Of a stretch of 64,000 nucleotides of DNA, positions 48,560 through 60,665 are shown piece by piece. This DNA is from Macrostomum hystrix. Its lineage: Eukaryota; Animalia; Platyhelminthes. The notes beneath the pieces were generated by a model. It did no database searches. It was given only the letters and a program-made list of their open reading frames with translations, and was not told the origin of the DNA. Location: positions 9,238,001 through 9,302,000 of the forward strand of contig CATNEN010000002.1 in assembly GCA_950097015.1 (NCBI GenBank). The letters are read 5' to 3'. Position 1 is the first letter of the stretch, and the number at the start of each line of letters is the position of its first letter. A program made the position numbers and the translations under genes.

Positions 48560-51500
48560 CTACTGCCAGGCTTCGAAAAGATCAGCAGGGACTCCGAAAA
48601 TCTCTCGCTGTGTGGCGTTCAAGGCGGGCGCAGGCGGCGGGTTCTGGGGGTGCTTCGCCAGCACCTCAGATGCAATCGACTCCACCTGTGGAGTGATGCG
48701 TTGAGTGCAAAATCAGATACACAAGACGGCCGTTAGGCTGCATGCTATATAGTCATCGTCATATTCACAGGGGTCGCGGGTTTGACAGTTTGGCGACCAT
48801 CCGAACGTTTCGAGACAATTGTGCCATTTAGCTAAATGAAGCTTGTAGGTCGTGTGATTTCTTATTTCTTATTTTATAAAGAAAGAACAAATAAATTAAA
48901 ATTAAAATATAATAAAAAGCATTGCTTTCAATTAAGGCTAGGAAGAAATAGCTAATACTAATTAATATATTTAGTAATTAATACTTCTTTGACAGATGAA
49001 AACAAGGATAAGGTAATTTTACCTATCTGTAGAGTATTACATTTCAGGCTTATGATAGGTTATTTAGGGAAGAAAACCGTGTGAGGATCAAATTGTTATG
49101 TACAAAGTCTTAAAACATTCGATAGAGCCACATATTAGGCAAGTTATATCAAAAGAACAGCTCATATCTGCTTCCAATCAAAAGCTGTCACCATTTAAAT
49201 CTGCCTTCAATTTTTTTCTAAGAAACGTAGTTTCCCGTCCTTCTACTCCTAGTGGTCCTTGGGTTGGCCCTTAAGGGCGTAAATTGCACGACAAGCCCCC
49301 AAGCCTTCTCTCCGCGTCTGCACCCCAATTTAATGTGCCTCACTGCGAAATCGATCTCAGTGACCTTGGTGTGAGAGGCAAACGCTCTAACCGCGTTAAC
49401 CACTCTGGCACTCAGCCTCCATGCCCTAGAATTGGAAATTCTTACTTTTCTGCTTAACTTGTATGAAGATTGTATGAAGACATTTGACAAAGCCCTGGAT
49501 AAGATATATCAAAAGAACAGCTTCGGATCGGCTCCCGTAAAAAACGGTCGCCATTTAAATGGGAAACAATGGAAAAAATTCTATTCTCCGTAGTGACGTG
49601 TACTTTTTGGTGATTACCAGCCTCGTAAACTTTTTCTAAGAAACTTAACTTCCAGTCCTTCTACTCCTAGTGGTCCTTGGCACAACTGTGTGGAGCCCTG
49701 TGTGCACAATGCTTACTGTGCCTGTTCTCAGCGAATTCGTGGTTCTCATCACAATCAAGTTGAAAAAAAGTTATGCTCACCCATTTTCGCAGTTCACGAA
49801 CAGGTTTCTGCTTAACATAGTCGATCTCATAAGTGCTCATGCTAGTCGCTAAGACCAATGCCTGAGCCCTCACGGCTATACTCGGGTTGATCCTAGCCGC
49901 ATCTGGCTTCACCTGCTCCCGAAGGCACTTCCTCATAGCGCCACGGCAACGGTCCCAGGTCTGAGAAGGAAACATTCCAAATTTTATTTCAAATAAACCT
50001 GAAATACCTTCTATGATATTGACCAAAGCCTACTCCATGCTCAAAATCAAAAGCACCAACCTGCGTCTCGTCTTCGCAATGGCCCAACAGCAGCAGCGCT
50101 GCCTGTATAATCTGGTGCTGCTCCTTGGAAGCAAGCAGGTTGTCAGGCGTGCAAAAAATTCTGAAGCACCACCGCATCGTTGACTCCCTGGAATCTAATT
50201 TCTCACTCTGAAAACATATTAAAATATACCATGTAGGATTGCAGGTGCTTTCGTGCGAATTTCGTTCAACGCGATACTAGTCATCACTTGCAATTGGCTT
50301 TCAATAAAAATTAGAAATCGTCAGTCCTTACGGCCGGCACGTCGGGCCTCTCTGGTAGAAGTTCGTTGCCCTCCTCTGCTCGAAAGAAGTTTTCTTGCTT
50401 TCTCTTACGAACTTGTTCGTGCGCTCTTCGACTCTTGTTCAAGTTAAAAGCAGTTCGATTCATTTCATTCCTGATGTTAGTATCCACCTCTGACTCGAAG
50501 CGGTACTTTAGCAAGTCCTCGCAAATGTTCTTATTCCCACTGGTCGACTCACTAATTATACGAGCTGATTTTGCGGCCTTGCTATTTTCCTTGCCTTTAA
50601 TTTCTCCCTTCCAAAGTCCACTTGACGTTTTATTCATTGGGTATCTCCTGGGTGGTGTGTCTTCAACTTCAATGCACAGCGAGTTGACACTCGGATCGCT
50701 GACTTCGACTGCGAATTGCACAGTCTCCTCCACGGGAAGAACGGCGCACCGGGGCAGCACAAGTCGGTTTCTGCTGCTCCACGCTGACAAAGTCTCTGGG
50801 AACTGGTCCGCCAGGCCGTTGACTTCACCCAATGACCTGATGAAGTAGTTGCAGTAAAGCCTCATGGAATCAGATCTTCTGGACCGTCCGTTTACCCTTA
50901 GCACATAGTGCCCGGCGATTGGAAATCTCAGACTAATGCAGGATGTGTGGTTCGAGCCCCGGCTGACAAAGGCGTAGCCAGGTGAGACTTTGCCTTCGCC
51001 GCTGTTGTCGATGTGCAGCAGTTCAGCTTCGATCTCGGCCTGAACCTCCTGGTTCATGTTGAATGTCAGATCTAGAGTGGCCTCGGTGCACACAACATGT
51101 GGGTCTGCATGGCTCACCGGCTCGATGAGACTGCTCAGTTCGCTTTGAAAGAATCCCAGACCAGCTCCTGGGAGTCGATCAAGCTGGGGCAGCGGAAATT
51201 CCGCCGCGTCTCGATACTCAGACGGGGCGTCGAGAAGAAACTGGCAGACCGGAACATCGCCGTCATAAATCAGCAGCGCGAATGAGCCGGAGTTAGGCGA
51301 CAAAAACAGAATAATGAATCGTCTGCCAGCTGGCAAGATGATCGCATTTTTAGTAGGCAGGGTCTCATTCGAGGCATCCATTAGCTGGCTTCTCAACCTG
51401 TGTGGATTAGAGTCAACACAATCGACAATCAAGGCGTGCTCACCATCATGTGCAAGAATCTCTCCAGGCTCTGGAGTAGACAGTTGTGCTTTGCAGAGAT

Positions 51501-53737
51501 CGCCTCCCGCTCCAAAGTAAGGCGGCAAAGGCGCACCCTTGGGACGCGCGCGAGGATTCTGGGCCCGTGGGCAGTGAATAACGTAGGTCACAAAATGAAC
51601 AGATTGGCTCTGTGGGTTCGCAGCTTTCTCAATGCTCACTTTCAACTCGAACTTGCCAGCGCATGGGGGCACGAATTTAAGTTGAACCACCCCTTTGCCT
51701 TGTCTTGCTGGCCTAACCAGAAAGCCTTTCTCATCCATCTGGGTCTTAATTTTGGCTCTGCTTTCTTCGGTTATGTCCTTGGTGTGGATCCCGATGCTGG
51801 GAGAGTAGCGCAATTCGCCTCCCGTTTCAAGAAATCTCACATCGATGCTTCCTGGCCTCGCAACGATAACGTTGAGAGGATGCGAGAGAAGCTTGACGTC
51901 ATCCATGAAGTCCTCCATGTATTCTTGAAATCCTTGGAAAACTCTTGGCATTTTTTGAAATTGCGAACGACTGAGAGGACATGCTAGAAGCTGCAGGTCG
52001 ACATCTATATCGTCTTTGGGGAGATGCGATAGAACGAGATTTTCTGGATCAGTTAGAAAATAGTACTCTCTCGTGGACCAGTTTTTCTTGCCTTCTGTCT
52101 TCTCGATTGCCTTCAGGTTCCCGTCGTCGCCAATTTCAGCAAAATCGCTGCTTTCAAAACCAACAATAGAATTCGAGCCCCAATAAGGGTCAACAAAGCG
52201 CCATTCGCCTTCGACGTAGCAGGCAAACCAGCTGCCACCGCCTTGGCATTCAAACCCGACTCTATTGCCGGCACCTTTTTTGTAGCCATCGATGCGCTTC
52301 ACGGGAACCGCCGCGAACCTGGAAATATATTAAAATACGCTAGATTTACTCATGTATTTTAGTGCTTTAGATAATGTAGATTTAATGTAGATTTAGTGCT
52401 TTAGTCGTGCAGTTACGTTCAATTTTTTCTGAATACCACACACCTTGTCAAATACATTTTCCTCATGTAGCAGCACTTTGTAAAAGCTGTGACAACCGTA
52501 CAGTTTCTGTACACACTCATTTTTTAAACCAATCCCATGCTGGAACGTATCGTGCGTACGCGAGGCTGAGGGGCAGAGTTTCCTTGAAGGCCAAACTCCA
52601 AGGCAGAGAGAAAGTGTCAACTGCCTGACAATGAGACAGTCAGGGCAAATGTACGCAAATTTTGTAAGTATAGGACTGCGTACGGTATCTGTGTGTGCGT
52701 GTGTACTCAGGAGTCAGCGAAATATGCAGAATTGCGTCCTCGCTGGCTGCAGGTCTTAGTGTCACAAAATGATGTGCTAGAGCCTACTGTCCTCTAGCAC
52801 ATATTACGAGCGAATATTCGTATATTATAACAATTAAGCGCAGTCAGATAGAAAAGCTCTAATGCCTGAAAATTTTCTCGAATAGGGATTTTATTGATTC
52901 TGCATCCGCATAATAATAGCCTACATGGTTACATAGTGATATTTTAGGAGCAGAAAAGGCATGCATATATTTGCGGTTTTTGCCGTAAGGACTACTAGTG
53001 TGGTCGGACTAGTAGGTCTGGGGTTCGATTCCCGATTGCAAGACAGGGTTGAATATGTGTACTTTGGCAAGACGCATAACTGCTTTAGTTTACCCAACTG
53101 TTAAATTGGCACCAGCATCAGCTCGGGTAATTGAGGGTTGGGGTCCCAGTCCCTGCACATTTGGCCCGATTGGGGAAGTGGCAATATGTTTTTATAGCGA
53201 TTATACAATAAAATATGACTTGTTGTATATAGATTATTATTCTTACTGTGCCAATTTCTGGAATAGGGCATCGGCCCCATCGTTCGCATGCAGCTTCCGA
53301 ACCTGCGTGTACAGCGCCGACTCATTCTCAACCTCGGACATGGAGTCAACCTTCGCAGAGCTCACGAACACGAATGCCGCTCGCACTCTGTCCAGATTCG
53401 AGCTGCACTTCGCGAACAGCCGCTCAGCGAAGCTCTCGTCCGACTCGGCGGGCTCCGGCAGCAGCGAACTGACGTACGCGTCCTTCTCCACGAACTTGGT
53501 GGCGTCGAAGATCTCATTCTTGCGCCTGTGAGGCGGAAATGGCGGCTCCGACTTCGAGTCCGGGTCCCTCGGTCCCTCGCCCTTCTGGCGCTGCAGGTCT
53601 TGGAGAACGTGAATGGTCGGGTATTCGCCAGTGTGCACCTTCTCCTCCAGGTGCTCCTCATCCAGGAGGTAGGAGCGCAAGTCGATCTCGCCAGCCTCGA
53701 GCTTGTAGTTCTGGTAGTACTCGAGTTCGTCAAACAT
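48560..53737 (-). CDS. KY/Hillarin-family transglutaminase-like protein, paralog A (about 976 aa), catalytically degenerate, with helical C-terminal domain
   Basis: Exons 53247-53737, 50332-52318, 50061-50207, 49781-49960, 48560-48685 join in frame (2931 nt). Motifs GYKKGAG, WFACYVEGEWRFVDPYWG, EYYFLTDPENLVLSHLP, and LRFPIAGHYVLRVNG (Ig-like repeats). Confidence 0.82.
49236..49422 (-). mobile_element. tRNA-related SINE, family B (head and body), in paralog A intron 4
   Basis: The minus strand reads GGCTGAGTGCCAGAGTGGTTAACGCG...GCGTTTGCCTCTCACACCAAGGTCACTGAGATCGATTTC, a tRNA-like head with degenerate A/B boxes. It aligns with 59880-60035. Confidence 0.6.
52560..52790 (+). mobile_element. SINE family B body/tail in paralog A intron 1
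   Basis: aaggccaaactccaagg...aactgcctgacaatgag...tcaggagtcagcgaaat is shared with 1-270 and 9060-9262. Confidence 0.55.
52985..53190 (+). mobile_element. tRNA-derived SINE, family A (Meta/CORE-like central segment), in paralog A intron 1
   Basis: B-box GGTTCGATTCC at 53022-53032. The segment tgtgtactttggcaagacgc...tttacccaactgttaaattggcacc resembles my recollection of the MetaSINE/CORE-type motif tgtgtccttgggcaagacac...cacccaggtgtataaatgggtacc. The tail matches 22270-22390. Confidence 0.6.
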
Positions 53738-54876
53738 AGCAAGCTATGGAATCGAAGCTAGTGGCTATCTTCAGGAATAGCTTCAGTTAAATTAGACGCT
53801 TTGTGTTATTCTGGTTTCTATTTTATAATTCAGTCAGTCATATCGTGATATGGTACTTTACCAAAAACGCAGTAATGAAAATTTCCAACTTATTGTCGAA
53901 TTCCTTGTTGCTGTTGAAGCATCAAGCATTTTAGAGACTGGGTTTTTTAGCCATTTTTATTCTTTCGAATCCTAATTTCATTTCCCTGAGTACATTTGCG
54001 AGTACGAGTGGTCTGATTTTACTGTCTTATTGTGTTGCTCTTTTCAGATAAAAGGTAGAGCTTCTCACTCAACTTGCCAGTCTCAGCAATCTCTATTCTT
54101 TCTTTTCTTTTCTTTACCTATAATCCGCACTTTGCATGAGTTCAAATGTGTGCAATTATTTTTCAAGACATCCTTTCTTGTCTAGTTTTTTGGTATTAAT
54201 TCAAAAGGTCTCGCTGGAGTTTAAAAAAAATGAGATTGCATTGTACCTTGCAGCGATACGAGTAATGCGTTGTTTCTGTAGCTCATAGCTTAGCACAAGG
54301 AAACATTAATCGCTCTTAAGCAAGACTTCACATCTGTACAAAGCTTTTCAAAATCCAAAACACCCGGCGGGGTGCAATTTGTTTGACAATTTGCATCTAA
54401 ATAGGCATTTAAGAGCATGTATAATTATTGAAACGAGGCAATTAATCAACAGCAGTTAATACACTTTGCGTGTGAGTGCATTTCTACCTCTCAACTGATT
54501 CAAGGGTTAAGCATACCCTTAGAAACCAGATAGATTAACAACTCAATAAATTTTTCCTCGTATAATTTACATGTACGCATGGATACAGCAATAAAGTGAA
54601 AATGAAAGCAAAATTTTCAAAATAAGTTTTAGTTAAAAAAATAGTTGGGATCAGGCAACCAAGAAAATAAAGTGTTCGATAAATCATATGTAATTAGACT
54701 TCGTGGAACTTACCTTGATGTTACGAACTCCTACTACTCAGTGGCAATGTTCTATTCGGCACTCTGGAGTAAGCACACACCGAATTAAATTCTTGTTTAC
54801 AAAAAATATCCGAATAAAGCAGTCAGTTTATGTCAGTCGACCTGTAACTTCAGTCAACCTTGTCCGGCAGACATGT

Positions 54877-57800
54877 TCACAGCCAAGCCTCATGAAGGTA
54901 CTCAGGAACTCCGAGGATGCGTCGCTGAGCAGCTCTGCTAGCCGGCGGAGTATTACGACGTTCGCGCAACACCATAGACGAACGACTGGATGCCTGTGGA
55001 TGTTGAGGCCAAGGGTTTTATTGCTGTCTAGCCTAACAGAACTACAAGATTATTGCAAATCAATCAGTCCTGTGACGTAACAATGGGTTACTTCAGCACT
55101 CACCCACTTGCGAAGCTCCTGAGTAGCCCTGTGGCTGACATAGTTCTCGTCGACATTTTTGAGAATTTCCTGCGCCCTGGCCGCAATGCTGGGGTTGATC
55201 TTGTCGAGATTGGCTGTCGGCTGCTCCCGGCTGCACTGTCGCATTGCTGCGCGGCAGCGGTCCCAGTGCTGGAAATGCGTATCTTGACCTGTACTAGCTA
55301 GGGAGCAAAGCTTCCATAAAGAGGATCAATTTAACTTCAGCTAGTAATTGCACACCCAATTCAAACTGCTTTTAAACTCTGATCGATTCCGAATTGTTTA
55401 ACTTTACACTTTTAATCCAGATCAATCCAATTAACACTAGGGGGTTATTTCAAATAGTCACATTTTTCTAAATCTCTAAAAATATTCATCCAGTCGTCAA
55501 GAATATCCAAAACAGTCTTTACCATTGTCTCATCTTCGCAATGTCCCAGCAGCAGCAGGGCGGCCTGTACTGTCTTGTGCTGTAGTCGAAAAGTAGTTTT
55601 GTTGTCGGGATGGCTCAGCTCTTTCAAGCAGCTCCTCAGCATCAGCTTTTCCTTCTTTCTGCTCGTCTTCTTGGTGTCCTGTGAAAAAATGGCACGACCT
55701 TTTTGTTTACGTCAAACTGCAAGAGCGAAAACTTAAACGACTTGTATTTTGCTGCAACAGACAGACTGTTGTAGAAAAAATGTAAGCAAAGGAGTTACCT
55801 CTTCCGAAACAGGTTCACCAGGATCCTCGGGCAGCAGCTCCATTGCGTTCTGCTCTCGTCGGTAATTCTCTTGCTTCCTCTGACGCCACGCTTCGTTCGT
55901 CCTTCGACGCTTGTTAAGTTCGGCAGCTTCCTGGATCTCCTGATTCTTAATTTCGCAATCCTTTTTCGACTCGAAATTGTAGTTCAGCAAGTCTTCGCAG
56001 ATATTCCTGTTCTTTTCCTGGGTCTCGCTTACAACCTTCAGCGGTCTGCCAGCCAAGTCTTTCGAAGCCGGGATTTTGCCCTTCCAAACTCCATTCTGAT
56101 TCTTCATCAGTGGAAAGCGATGGTTTGTTGAGTTGTTGACCACTAAATACACCGAGTTTACATTCGGGTCACTCAGCGAGATGGCAAACTGCACCGTCTC
56201 GTTGACTGGCAGGACTCCTAGCCTTGGCAGCACCAGCTGGTTGCTGCTTCTCCAGGCTGTCGTCGGCTCCGGAAATTTCTCCACCCGTCCTTTCAGCTTG
56301 CCAATCGATCTGATGAAGTAGTTACAATAGGGCCTCATCAGGTCTGATCTTCGCTGTCTGGCATTCAGCCTGAGCACAAAGTGCCCGGCTGTCGGGAACC
56401 TCAGGCTCACATTGGAACTCTGACTGGAGAAGCTGCTGACGAATGAGTAGCACCGCGACACGCTGTTCTGGCCGTTCAAGCCGATGCGCACAAGTTCGGC
56501 TTCGATCTCGGCTTGAATCTCGTTCATCCTGAATGTCAATTCAATCGATGACTCATTGCAAACAAAATATGGGTCGATGTGGCTTACTGGTTGAATGACA
56601 CTGTTCAGCTGACTGTCGAAGAATCCCAGACCGCCGAATTGCTCAAGATCAGGAACCGGAAATTCCGCTGCGTCCCGATACTCTGACGGTGCATCCAGTA
56701 GAAATTGGCAAACGGGGGCATCGTTTTCATGAATCAGTAAGACGAACGTGCCCGAATCTGGCGACAGGAACAAGATGAATAATTTTGTCTCGACAATCCA
56801 GGCAATCAAATTTTTGGTTGGTAGGAAATTGTTTGAGGCGTCTATTAACTGGAACTTCGGCACTCGCGACCTCTGATCAGTGGCTTGAAAAATCAGGGTG
56901 TGCTCGCCATCAGCTGCGAGTATTTCACCAGGATCCTTCGAAATTAAGCCCACATCTGAGAGCTCTTTGCCAGGACCGAAGTAGGACGGCAGCTCGACGC
57001 CTTTCGGACGCGGTCGAGGATTTTCGGCGAGAGGACAATGGATTACGTAAGACACAAAATGTACCGTTCGTCTGTCGGTCAATTTCTGAAGGGAAATTTT
57101 AAGCTTAAATTTTCCCGGACATGGCGGGACGAAGATGAATTTCGTCTTCCCTTCTCCCATTCTTGTCGGCCTAGATAGGTAACCCCCTTCTTCGATCTTT
57201 GTTTTTATGGCAGTCCGGTTTTCCTCGTTGACGTCTTTGCTGTGAATGCTAATTGTGGAAGAAAGGTCAACTTGGCCTTCTGTCTCCAGGAAGACAACGT
57301 TAATATTGCCAGGGGCGGCCACAATCACGTTCATCGGGTGACTTAGCGGTCGAACACAGCTGATAAAATCCTCAGTAGATTCACTGTGTCCTTGGAAGTA
57401 ATTGGGCATTCGCTCGAACTGCTGGAGGCTGAGAGGCCGGACCAGCAGTTGCCACTCGTCCTCCAAAGCGTCCATCGGAAAGTGCGACAGAATCAGCTGA
57501 TCGGGATCGGTGAGGAAGTAAAACTCCTTCGTTGCCCAGACAGACACACCGTCTGACTTATTCATGTCCTTCAGGTCTCCGTCTCTACCGACCTCAGCGT
57601 ACGTGCCTGACTCGTAGCCGACTAGAGACGTGGAGCCCCAGTGTGCGTCCACAAAGCGCCACTCTCCTTCAACATAGCAGGCCGCCCATTTTCCAGTTCG
57701 GACGGTGTGCCCAATTTCATAACCGGCGCCTTTCTTATAGCCAACAATAATTCTTAGTGGAACTTGGCCAAGTCTGAAATATTATTTGACAGAATTTTCT

Positions 57801-58976
57801 TTCTGTAGCATCTAAGCGTCGTTTTTGCCTGGTTTTAACAGTAGAGAGACGACGCTATTTTTCCCCAGGGGAAAGACCCCAGGTGTTTAAAAAGCCCACT
57901 GCCTACTTCACAATAGCTCCGAATGACAGATTTTCATGAAAGTCCATCATATGAATCAAAATTTTCCGCCTTTTACGATGAACTAAACTATAAAGCCGTC
58001 AGAGTCACATCGTCGAGATATTCAGCTATTTTTGTCGGAGACTCTGGGTACAAGGACAGCTAACATTGCGCTGTATAAACTTCTATGGGGAATCCACATT
58101 GCTTCAATAATATACATATAAACAATATAATGAAAAAATACTTATAATTAGCTATAATAGCCGAGATGGTTACATGATGATATTTTAGGAGCAGAAAAAG
58201 TAAACATATATTGGCCTTTTTGCCGCTAGGACTACTAGTGGTGAGAAGTCGGGGGTTCGATTACAGATAGCATGACCCGATTGGATTTGTGTATTTGGCA
58301 TAACTGCTTTAGTTTACCCAGCTATTAAATTGGCACCAGCATCAGCTCGGGTAATTGAGGGTTGGGGTCCCAGTCCCTGCACATTTGGCCCGATTGGGGA
58401 AGTGGCAATATGTTTTTATAGCGATTATACAATAAAATATGACTTGTTGTATATAGATTATTATTCTTACTGCGCCAATTTCTGGAATAGGGCATCGGCC
58501 CCATCGTTCGCATGCAGCTTCCGAACCTGCGTGTACAGCGCCGACTCATTCTCAACCTCGGACATGGAGTCAACCTTCGCAGAGCTCACGAACACGAATG
58601 CCGCTCGCACTTTGTCCAGATTCGAGCTGCACTTCGCGAACAGCCGCTCAGCGAAGCTCTCGTCCGACTCGGCGGGCTCCGGCAGCAGCGAACTGACGTA
58701 CGCGTCCTTCTCCTCGAACTTGGTGGCGTCGAAGATCTCATTCTTGCGCCTGCGAGGCGGAAATGGCGGCTCCGACTTCGAGTCCGGGTCCCTCGGTCCC
58801 TCGCCCTTCTGGCGCTGCAGGTCTTGGAGAACGTGAATGGTCGGGTATTCGCCAGTGAGCACCTTCTCCTCCAGGTGCTCCTCATCCAGCAGGTAGGAGC
58901 GCAAGTCGATCTCGCCAGCGTCGAGCTTGTAGTTCTGGTAGTACTCGAGTTCATTGAAAACGGCTTCTGAAGCCAT
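54877..58976 (-). CDS. KY/Hillarin-family transglutaminase-like protein, paralog B (about 972 aa), tandem duplicate of paralog A
   Basis: Exons 58471-58976, 55799-57773, 55523-55678, 55104-55268, 54877-54993 join in frame (2919 nt), with the same intron phases as paralog A. Motifs GYKKGAG, WAACYVEGEWRFVDAHWG and EFYFLTDPDQLILSHFP. The C-terminus ILGVPEYLHEAWL matches paralog A IFGVPADLFEAWQ. Confidence 0.82.
57860..58060. mobile_element. Family C MITE-like copy in paralog B intron 1
   Basis: cgaatgacagattttcatgaaagtccatcatatgaatcaaaattttccgcc matches the reverse complement of 41860-41935; cccactgcctacttcac matches the reverse complement of about 63684-63700. Confidence 0.55.
58220..58412 (+). 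mobile_element. tRNA-derived SINE, family A, in paralog B intron 1 at the position orthologous to 52985-53190
   Basis: GGTTCGATTAC at 58254-58264; the 3' half is nearly identical to 53085-53190. Confidence 0.6.
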
Positions 58977-59729
58977 TTCTTCTCTTAGCACGTACGACTA
59001 AGCGGTAGTCAAGGGCTAGACTAAGATAATTGCAAAGATATATGTTTTTTCGAAATCCGTGAAACAGCTGGAAAGTGTTTCAAAAGCTGTTACTATTTTA
59101 TAATAATCAGTCTACGCAAGCTGCTGTGAGAATGCCTGCAATAGTTGTCTCTCCAAATAAAAATACTAAGCAGTTTTCTGAATACAACAGAGACAGACTC
59201 GGGTTAGAAAGGCTTGGACTCTTTTCATGTTATATTTTTGCTGCCTTTTAAAAAATTGCTTTCTTGGACTTCTAATGCATCACTAAATCAAGCTTGAGCG
59301 CACAATGAAACCAGAGTTGTTTTCTGTCTGCAATGTCTAATATGTGTTTAGCTCATTGCATGAGTCCTTAGAAGTAGCTAGAACGCATAGAAAGGAGGAT
59401 GCCACAAGAAACTGAATAAGAGTGCGCTCAGGTTCGTATGAGGCTTAATGCTGTGCTAGCCTATTTCATAATTGTTACTCGGTTTTTTAATATTTTAATG
59501 CAGAGCAAGGTAGGGTATGATGAGGAGGCAAATAAACACGTCTTCGTTGAGACTTTGCAACTTGACTACCGAAACAACTCAAGCTGCAGTTCCACAGGTC
59601 TAGTCTATACACAAAAATGAATTCAATCCCGAGTCTTTGAAACGTTGACTGCTTTCTTATAGCTCAAACAGCCATTTGCATTGCTTTATGGTGTTAGTGT
59701 CTAACTGCCCTCTGCAAATTTTTTTAGCA

Positions 59730-60035
59730 CCTGAGTCCTAATGCTTCAGGGTCACGGCACACTGCACACACTCACACAGGTGTGTACATCTGCCCTGAAA
59801 TATTCATTTTTCAGGCAGTTTACATTCCGATGACCACTAGTAGTCTACTTTGGGAGCCTTTGGTACATTCCCTGTGCATTGGAGGTTGGCCTTCAAGGGC
59901 ATAAATTGCACAAAAAGTCCCTAGTTTTCCTCTGCGCGGCTGCGACCCAAATTAATGTGGCTTCGCAGGGGAACCGAGCTCAGGGGCATTGGTGCGAGAG
60001 GCAAACGCGTTAACGGCTCTGCGAGTCAACCCACT
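59730..60035 (-). mobile_element. SINE family B, most complete copy in the window
   Basis: The tRNA-like head (GTTAACGCGTTTGCCTCTCGCACCAA) matches the 49236-49422 copy; the tail (AACTGCCTGA...CAGATGTACACACCTGTGTGAGTGTG) matches 1-60. Confidence 0.6.
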
Positions 60036-60665
60036 TCAATGCTTCATTTTGTAACTTGTAAACATATTCTAAAAAGAAGTATATATTTTATTGACTGGCT
60101 TGATAGACTACAACTTCTCTAAATGTTTTAAAACTTTCCTAAGAAATTGTCCACACTTTTAAGCAGTTTCCAAACTGCAATTACGTTTGATTTTTCGGCT
60201 GCATAAGTATCGATGCACCCCGTTATAACAATTTGTCTATAGGCAGTGCACAATCGAGAGTATATTTGCAGCTTAACAAACTCGGACTACTATGTAGAGT
60301 TCTTCTAAAGACTACAAGAAATAACGAGTAGCAATTTCTACAAAGTTCTAGGAATCAGCTCAAGCTATGTTTATCTTGACTGACCAGCAGAGAAGAGCAT
60401 GCAACTACGAAACTAAAGTCTCTTTAGGTCGGAGAGTTCGATAGCATTGCGATTTTTAAAAGGTCCTTTGAAGAGCAGGTCATGTGCGAGTAGAGTACTT
60501 TCTGGCCAAAAGTACAGACAGCTCATTGTGAGTCATCAATGCTAACACTAATCTAGTTAGTTCTCTAGACAGACTAAGAACTAAGCACTAATTGATTTCA
60601 GCCTTTAACCTGCCGTGTTAGATAATTTCAGTTTGAGCAATCAGTAGATTGACAGGCTATTTTGC

